From contig CAVDAL010000108.1 in NCBI GenBank assembly GCA_963606965.1, positions 1 to 50,150 on the forward strand: a DNA stretch of 50,150 nt, in the 5' to 3' direction. Below, one piece after another: positions 40,577-46,803 of this stretch. A model generated the notes under the pieces. That model did not search any database. It worked only from the letters and a program-made list of their open reading frames with translations, and had not been told where the DNA came from. The position numbers and the translations under genes are program-made. The number at the start of each line of letters is the position of its first letter. Positions within the stretch are counted from its first letter, which is position 1. Source of the stretch: Acutalibacteraceae bacterium. Lineage in GTDB: Bacteria; Actinomycetota; Coriobacteriia; Coriobacteriales; QAMH01.

Positions 40577-41496
40577 CGAATGTGACCTTCTGTTTCTTCA
40601 GCTGCTAAGGCAGGTGCATCTGCCCCATCTTCACTTTCATCCAAATATTGACGAGGGTCATGATTTTCATTCGGCGGTGAAACAGGCCTAATGCCAAGAT
40701 AATCTGCCCATTCCAAAACACGCTTTGGAACATAAATACCTGTTTGGAATTCTGAAGCTGTGCGCAAAGCACGAGCGCAAGAAAGACAATGCGCAAGGTC
40801 ATCAATTTCATCAACATCTGCAACAGGTGGCAAATAAGCATTTGGAATATTTCCATCCTTTAGCTTTTGAACATAGCCATCGAGTGCGGGGCGCCCAGTC
40901 ATGTTGTAATAAATCTCTTGATGATTGATTGGCGTATCATAATTAAAGCCAACCAATGATGTGCCACATTCTTGGCATGGCGCCTGAACAAAGCCAGGTG
41001 TACCCAAAACTTCACTGAAGTAGTCGAGCCAACGGAATGCTTCTGAAACATGCCCGCGAGGAAGTGTTGGAATGTCAGCACCGATTGAAACTATAGCTTC
41101 ATATCCAAGATCAAAAATATATTTGAATGCATAATCAAAGTGGTCGTCAAAAGTCGCGCCTTTGTCTGTCATATAATTTATTTCACGCGGCCAACCAGGA
41201 ACTTCTGCGATAGTTTCTTTCATAAGTTCAATATTTTCTGCTGGCGTTGTTGAAATGAATAAATCATATGTACGTTCAGGAGCACCAGGATTATATTCAC
41301 GCTCCTGCTTATTGTATGCGTCCAAGTCATCCATGCACCACATTGCAAGCTCTGTTACATCCCACAAGCTGCGCTTAAAAAATTGTGCTGCCTGTTCCTG
41401 TGTAAACGGGCCGCCACGTTCCTTTGTAAGACGAGTTTTTACAAGGCCCGGAATTGGCGGCTTGCTAAAGATTAAAATTGCATATTTCTTCTGCAT
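40573..41496 (-). CDS. DUF2064 / TIGR04282-like GT-A-fold (nucleotidyl/glycosyl-transferase-like) protein with acidic C-terminal tail
   Basis: 307 aa. 'YAILIFSKPPIPGLVKTRL' N-terminus and 'VSIGADIPTLP' are the DUF2064 hallmarks as I recall them. Its stop overlaps the radical SAM start (ATGA). Confidence 0.7.
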   Translation of the reverse strand: MQKKYAILIFSKPPIPGLVKTRLTKERGGPFTQEQAAQFFKRSLWDVTELAMWCMDDLDAYNKQEREYNPGAPERTYDLFISTTPAENIELMKETIAEVPGWPREINYMTDKGATFDDHFDYAFKYIFDLGYEAIVSIGADIPTLPRGHVSEAFRWLDYFSEVLGTPGFVQAPCQECGTSLVGFNYDTPINHQEIYYNMTGRPALDGYVQKLKDGNIPNAYLPPVADVDEIDDLAHCLSCARALRTASEFQTGIYVPKRVLEWADYLGIRPVSPPNENHDPRQYLDESEDGADAPALAAEETEGHIR

Positions 41497-41500
41497 AACC

Positions 41501-43717
41501 TTACTCCTTCTTTCTTATTCGACATGGTATGCCGTTATAAATCCAAGTACCTATTAGCGGCTCAGGGTCTGTATCAACATATCCCCGAGTTAAATAATTA
41601 ATGTTTGACTTAAAGCACTCTTCAAAATCGTCTGAAGATTTGCATATTTCAGGGTACCACCAACCATATTCAGCAGAGGCAATATCATCAACGATATCCG
41701 CAATATGCACATATTGAAGCACTTCTATGGAAGGATCATCTATACGCGAAATTAAGCATTCGTCACCCTCTTCAAGACCAAGCCGTTTTGCTGTATTTTC
41801 AGACATATCAACAAGCGGTTTTGGATGTGCTTTTCTAAAACTTTCGACTTCAAAATAACAAGATGCCCAATATGGCTGCTTGCGAGCACCTGTTATCAAA
41901 GTCACATAGTTTGGATCATCTGGAATTTCACTATGGATCCCTGGAATTTCAAACCAATTTGCAACAATGCCAGCGCCCATTTCTTCAAACATTTCATTTG
42001 CAAGTTCAACCTTGCCAGAAGGTGTTGCAAAGCCTTGCGGCTGTCCAGTTTCAGGGTTGATTTCTGTATATTTATAATAACGAGTTGAAGAGCCAGCAAT
42101 TCCATATGCTTTAAAAGCTTCCCACGACATGCCCGTAGGCTCAATAACGCGCGTCAATTCTTCTGTTAAATTTTTAGCAGGCCAAGCATCTTCACCTTGA
42201 CCAAGAGCAAGTCCAAGTTCGCGGAAAATTTCATAATCTTCTTTGCGTTCATAAAGTGGCTCAACAGCGGCAGGACCGCCATAACAAAAGTCTGAAACTC
42301 CACCCATTGCTTGAAAAGCAGGACGTTCGATTGCGCTTGCTGCTGGCAAAATATAGTCCGCCATAATTCCACTTGGAGTGATTAAATAATCAAGAACAAC
42401 GATCAAGTCCATCGACATCATTGCTTTATAAACAAGGCGAGTATCTGCATATGTAAGCAGCGGATTTGCAGCATTTACAATCAAAGCACTGACCTTGTAA
42501 GGCTTGCCTGTAATTGCCGCATTCCAAACATGAAGAGGCAAAGGCGAAGTTAAATATCGCATTGGCAAAGTTTTGCCCTGCTTTTCCGTGCGTTCATTCG
42601 CGCGCCGCCAGCCCGCATAGCTTTGAAGTTTACTGCCTTCTTCATTCAAACCATGTTGACGTGAAATTTCTGGGAAATATTCACTCATTTCAAGATCATA
42701 TTCCGACATAAAAGACGGGGCCATATTTACTGAACAAGTTCCAGGCTTGTCAACTCCGCCAGTTATAGCTCTAAGGCCTGCCAAAACACGATGAAGAGGA
42801 GCAGTATTTGGGCCGATTTGATCAACACCTCTGCCAGAAAGCAAAGCGCCTGGACCAAAGTCACACCACATATGAGCAGCAGCTTTTATATCTTCTGCTG
42901 AAACTCCAGTGATTTCTTCATACTCTTCCATGCTGCGTTCAAAGGCTTTTTCTTTGAAGATATCAAAACCATGGCACCAATTATTTATAAAGTCCCAATC
43001 GCATAAATTATCTTCAATTATCACTCGCGCTAAAGCATATGCAAGCAAAGTGTCTGTCCCTGGGAATGGGTGCAGCCATAGTGTTGCTTTTGAAGCTGTT
43101 GTTGAACGGCGCGGGTCAATACAAATGAGTCTGCCGCCATTGCGAATATAATCATTTATTGTTGTCCAAAAAAGTGAATTATCAGATTGTGCAGGATTTG
43201 TCCCCCACAAAATTAAACAAGCAGTGACTGCAGGATTAAAATCAACTTCAATTGGGTAACCAAATGTCATTGCCTGCATCCAGACGCGCGGGTTCCAGCA
43301 AATTGGACCTATACCCATATTATTTGGACTTCCAAGCAAATTCATAAACCTATGCAATGGCCAAAAGACGGCATGTGGACCACCAATAGCGCTAGCTACT
43401 GTCCAAGGACCATGCTCCTCAACAAGAGCAGCCATTTTCTGGGAAATTTCTTTTATTGCTTCATCCCAGCTTATGCGTTCAAACTTGCCACTACCGCGCT
43501 TGCCGACCGCGCGCAGCGGATAATTCACTCTATCTTCACTATAAAGCTTGTCCAAATTCATGCGCCAACGCCTGCAGCGCTGAGCAACTCGCACATCATA
43601 TGGATAACGCGTCGGGTCTGGAGTTAGCTCGACAATTTTGTCACCATCCATATGGGCATCAAAAGCACACAAGTACCCACAGTAATGACAATTTGTCTTT
43701 CTAACTTCTTCAGACAT
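41501..43717 (-). CDS. Molybdopterin (Mo/W-bisPGD, DMSO-reductase superfamily) oxidoreductase, cytoplasmic (no Tat signal)
   Basis: 738 aa. N-terminal [4Fe-4S] motif 'CHYCGYLC...C48', 'ILWGTNP', 'LICIDPRRS', and a C-terminal Molydop-binding barrel. An in-frame TAA three codons upstream of the ATG precludes a signal peptide. Confidence 0.88.
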   Translation of the reverse strand: MSEEVRKTNCHYCGYLCAFDAHMDGDKIVELTPDPTRYPYDVRVAQRCRRWRMNLDKLYSEDRVNYPLRAVGKRGSGKFERISWDEAIKEISQKMAALVEEHGPWTVASAIGGPHAVFWPLHRFMNLLGSPNNMGIGPICWNPRVWMQAMTFGYPIEVDFNPAVTACLILWGTNPAQSDNSLFWTTINDYIRNGGRLICIDPRRSTTASKATLWLHPFPGTDTLLAYALARVIIEDNLCDWDFINNWCHGFDIFKEKAFERSMEEYEEITGVSAEDIKAAAHMWCDFGPGALLSGRGVDQIGPNTAPLHRVLAGLRAITGGVDKPGTCSVNMAPSFMSEYDLEMSEYFPEISRQHGLNEEGSKLQSYAGWRRANERTEKQGKTLPMRYLTSPLPLHVWNAAITGKPYKVSALIVNAANPLLTYADTRLVYKAMMSMDLIVVLDYLITPSGIMADYILPAASAIERPAFQAMGGVSDFCYGGPAAVEPLYERKEDYEIFRELGLALGQGEDAWPAKNLTEELTRVIEPTGMSWEAFKAYGIAGSSTRYYKYTEINPETGQPQGFATPSGKVELANEMFEEMGAGIVANWFEIPGIHSEIPDDPNYVTLITGARKQPYWASCYFEVESFRKAHPKPLVDMSENTAKRLGLEEGDECLISRIDDPSIEVLQYVHIADIVDDIASAEYGWWYPEICKSSDDFEECFKSNINYLTRGYVDTDPEPLIGTWIYNGIPCRIRKKE

Positions 43718-43729
43718 AAAAGTTTACCT

Positions 43730-44884
43730 TTAAGAAAACATCAAGTCGCTTTGTTCGCAAATCTGCTGATATTTTGGGTCTCCAAAATATTTGCCAACGC
43801 GTTCATAAGCTTTGTCCCAGTCGATTTCTTCATCAAATAAAAGTTCAAGATAGTGATAAACCTTTGTTTTATCTGCACTACGTTGCAAAGAATTCACGCA
43901 GCTAAAACAAGCACTAACAACATAATCAAGGTCTAATGCATCAAACTCTTGCAAGCGCAATAGTCTGCGATAATCGCACATGTCTGGAGCATAACCGCTA
44001 ACAAGGCCACCGCCGCCACAGCACAATGCATCCCTATATTCATGAGGAAGTTTTACAATTTCGCTATTAGCTAAAAGCTTGCGAACACTTTTGCCAATTT
44101 CTCCACTGAATCTGTCATAGCATGAATCGTGAATAGCAACTTTCTTGCCACCTTCAATAACCATTCCTTCTTTTAGCAAAACATCTGGCAACATAATTTT
44201 ATTAAATCCATGCCTTTGCAGCGGCTCTTCAAAATGTTCATTGCAATCTGGGCAAACCAAAATCAAAGAATCTATTCCTTGGTCTTTAAGCCAATTTAAC
44301 AAGCCGTCCATGTGCGCATTATATCTATCTGCAAAGCCTCCCAAATCTAGTGGAGCGCCACAGCAAACAGTCACAACATGAGAAGCATATCCCTTTTCGC
44401 GCAGCCAATTGAATGTTTTTTCAACAAGCCTTGGCGCATATGCAAATAAAGAGCATCCTGGGAAAAATGCAGTTCTATCAGCACTTGCATTGCCGGTTGG
44501 CTTGCTTACAATTTTTGTAACTTTGCTTTCATCGCCATCATACATAGACTTCATCATTGTGAAGAAATTAAATTCGTTTTCAACGCGGAATTTGTTGAAG
44601 TTGCCTTCTAGCGAAGGATATTTATCAAGAAGAATTGAGCGCGCAGGCTTCATTGCATCGCTTGCTCGCAAGTCAACAGGGCAATGCGCGATGCATCTGT
44701 TGCACAAAGCACAAGCAAATGGAAAACTATCATGCGTTGTATCGCCAGACAAAATTGCTTCACAAACATCCCCAAGAGTAGTTGTTCCATCTTGAAACAT
44801 TCCACAATTTGTTTGCGTGCACAAACCACAGCGGATACAAGAATCCGCAAAGGATTGCACGCTTTCATTAGCGTCACTCAACAT
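43730..44884 (-). CDS. HdrD/GlcF/GlpC-like iron-sulfur protein (2 ferredoxin-type Cys motifs + 2 CCG domains), copy A
   Basis: 384 aa. 'CIRCGLCTQTNC', 'CALCNRCIAHCP', 'FPGCSL...CCGAPL...CPDC', and 'HDSC...CCGGGG...CFSC'. RBS GAGGGTG. First gene after the terminator. Confidence 0.8.
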   Translation of the reverse strand: MLSDANESVQSFADSCIRCGLCTQTNCGMFQDGTTTLGDVCEAILSGDTTHDSFPFACALCNRCIAHCPVDLRASDAMKPARSILLDKYPSLEGNFNKFRVENEFNFFTMMKSMYDGDESKVTKIVSKPTGNASADRTAFFPGCSLFAYAPRLVEKTFNWLREKGYASHVVTVCCGAPLDLGGFADRYNAHMDGLLNWLKDQGIDSLILVCPDCNEHFEEPLQRHGFNKIMLPDVLLKEGMVIEGGKKVAIHDSCYDRFSGEIGKSVRKLLANSEIVKLPHEYRDALCCGGGGLVSGYAPDMCDYRRLLRLQEFDALDLDYVVSACFSCVNSLQRSADKTKVYHYLELLFDEEIDWDKAYERVGKYFGDPKYQQICEQSDLMFS

Positions 44885-44932
44885 AATGCACCCTCATTTT
44901 TTAATTCAAACCTAGGGTTCATATAATACTCC

Positions 44933-44944
44933 ATCAATATTGAT
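44933..44944. promoter_or_regulatory. Perfect 12-bp palindrome ATCAATATTGAT in the promoter region of the nine-gene operon (candidate operator)
   Basis: Seen directly. It lies 49 nt upstream of the first start codon, between the terminator and the RBS. No regulator can be assigned. Confidence 0.2.
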
Positions 44945-44953
44945 AGTTTACAA

Positions 44954-44984
44954 TAAAAAAAGCCCCGCTCAAACGAGCGGGGCT
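44954..44984 (-). terminator. Rho-independent terminator of the DmsABC-like operon
   Basis: Perfect 10-bp GC-rich stem AGCCCCGCTC (44961-70) / GAGCGGGGCT (44975-84) with a 4-nt loop. On the minus strand a T7 run follows (A-run 44954-60 on the plus strand). It lies 32 nt after the stop of the NrfD-like gene. Confidence 0.8.
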
Positions 44985-45015
44985 TTGCTATAAATAAAGC
45001 GAGAAAGAAAAGTTC

Positions 45016-46227
45016 TTATGCTTCAGCAGGAGTTTGCTCTGCTGCGATTTCTGATGGCAAAACAATATTGCGTGGGAAAGCTGGATTTTCAACAGGACGT
45101 TCCCCTTTAACACTTTTTACACCAACAGCCATCTTGAATTTCTTGCCAGCACCTGTGAATTCAGGAGCAACACGAACCGGGATATCGTCAAAGTCGTCTG
45201 CATTAACAATTTCAAAATACTGACGGCCTGGCTCCCAGTAATCCATATAATCTTCGTGCTTTTGTGACAAGCGAGTATAGTAACGTTCTTCGCCTTCGTC
45301 TAAACGGCGGTCATATGTCCACAAGATCATAAAGCGGAGCAAGCAGCCAGCAAGCAATGCCATAACTGGTGAAACAACGTTACCCAAGACTCCACCTGCT
45401 AAGTTAAAGATTAGTGGAACAACAAGACCAAGTCCGAACATGAATACCCAGAACACAACAGCCATGTTGCCACGAACCCAGCGTTCTGCAGCGCGCTTTG
45501 CATATACATTTGATGCACAGAATTGCAACATAACAAAGAGCAAGATTGTCAAAATTTCAGCGCAAATCAAAATTGCATCAATAGTATGTGTAAGGTGCAA
45601 CAATTCTTCATGTGCAAGTCCCCATTCAGCTGAGCCAATCAAAGCTTGTGCTTCGCTATTCATCCAGCTTGTTGGGAATGGGAAATGACCCATGCACAAG
45701 CCGAGCAAGCAAGCACCAGTTGAAAGAGCAGAAACTGTAAAGAGAACTGGAAGAGCTGGTGTATTCCAGAAAGGCCTTGCCTTCAAAGAAGAAAGCAAAA
45801 CGCCTGTATAAATCATAACGCAAGCACCTGTAATGCCACTAATACCAAGGCAGAATTTGCCAAAACCATTAGATGGAATTACATGCTTAAGCAAAGGCCA
45901 GTTTTCAAACCAGCTGACCTGCCAAATCAAGAACAGAGCAGCAAAGATCATAGAAACTGACAATAAAACAGCACCCCATTTAATAACAGCAGTGCGTGTA
46001 ACGAATGCGCGCTCGAAAACAGGCCACTGACCAAGTTCAAAAACGAGCAAGCCAGTACCAACGAGCAAGCATAAAACAGCAACTAAAACGCCCCATGTAA
46101 GAAGAGCTGATGTCATAACACCTGGAGCAATAATGATTGAATAAATAGCAGCAAATGTAAGCATGCCGCCGCCAAGGCCGCCAAGGAACAAATATGTTGC
46201 AAGTTCCCATCCCCAAAACTTCTGCAT
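45016..46227 (-). CDS. NrfD/PsrC/DmsC-type polytopic membrane anchor subunit with ~100-aa hydrophilic C-terminal extension
   Basis: 403 aa. 'WGWELATYLFLGGLGGG' is an NrfD-family N-terminus. About 8 TM helices run to roughly aa 305, followed by a charged tail. Its start overlaps the stop of the Fe-S subunit gene (TAATG). Confidence 0.85.
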   Translation of the reverse strand: MQKFWGWELATYLFLGGLGGGMLTFAAIYSIIIAPGVMTSALLTWGVLVAVLCLLVGTGLLVFELGQWPVFERAFVTRTAVIKWGAVLLSVSMIFAALFLIWQVSWFENWPLLKHVIPSNGFGKFCLGISGITGACVMIYTGVLLSSLKARPFWNTPALPVLFTVSALSTGACLLGLCMGHFPFPTSWMNSEAQALIGSAEWGLAHEELLHLTHTIDAILICAEILTILLFVMLQFCASNVYAKRAAERWVRGNMAVVFWVFMFGLGLVVPLIFNLAGGVLGNVVSPVMALLAGCLLRFMILWTYDRRLDEGEERYYTRLSQKHEDYMDYWEPGRQYFEIVNADDFDDIPVRVAPEFTGAGKKFKMAVGVKSVKGERPVENPAFPRNIVLPSEIAAEQTPAEA

Positions 46228-46787
46228 TAGGATCGACCTCCTAAGTCTCGAATGTAATAGACCTGTGGTTCTGTACCTAAATCTTCGAAGATGCGGTCTG
46301 TACGATATTTGTTGACCAACTTAGAAACCTCTGAGTTTGGATCATCCAAGTCACCAAAAATACGAGCATTTTGGTGGCATGATTTAACACAATGTGGCTG
46401 TTCACCTTGACGTACTCTGTCTTTGCAGAATGTGCATTTGCGAATCCAGCCCTCTTTTTTATTGTAGTCACGAGCACCATATGGGCAAGCATTTGCACAA
46501 ACTTTGCAACCCATGCACTGTGTTGGTTCTACCCAAACAATGCCGTCGTCATCTTGACGAGAAGCACCTGTTGGGCAAGCAGGAACACAAGCTGGTTTTG
46601 CGCAGTGCATACAAAGCATTGGTGTAAAGTTCAAGTGAACATCTGGCCATTGCCCTTGAGCACCAGCAGAAACAACTGGATTATAAATAATATCTACGGG
46701 AAGGTCATTCCACGTACGACATGCGATTGTGCATGACTGACAGCCAACACAACGACGCGTGTCCATTACCATTGCATAACGTGTCAT
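46227..46787 (-). CDS. 4x[4Fe-4S] electron-transfer subunit (DmsB/PsrB/NrfC type)
   Basis: 186 aa. 'CVGCQSCTIAC', 'CMHCAKPACVPACP', 'CMGCKVCANACP', and 'CTFCKDRV...CVKSC'. Confidence 0.92.
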   Translation of the reverse strand: MTRYAMVMDTRRCVGCQSCTIACRTWNDLPVDIIYNPVVSAGAQGQWPDVHLNFTPMLCMHCAKPACVPACPTGASRQDDDGIVWVEPTQCMGCKVCANACPYGARDYNKKEGWIRKCTFCKDRVRQGEQPHCVKSCHQNARIFGDLDDPNSEVSKLVNKYRTDRIFEDLGTEPQVYYIRDLGGRS

Positions 46788-46803
46788 TTATCTCTCCCTC
46801 CCC

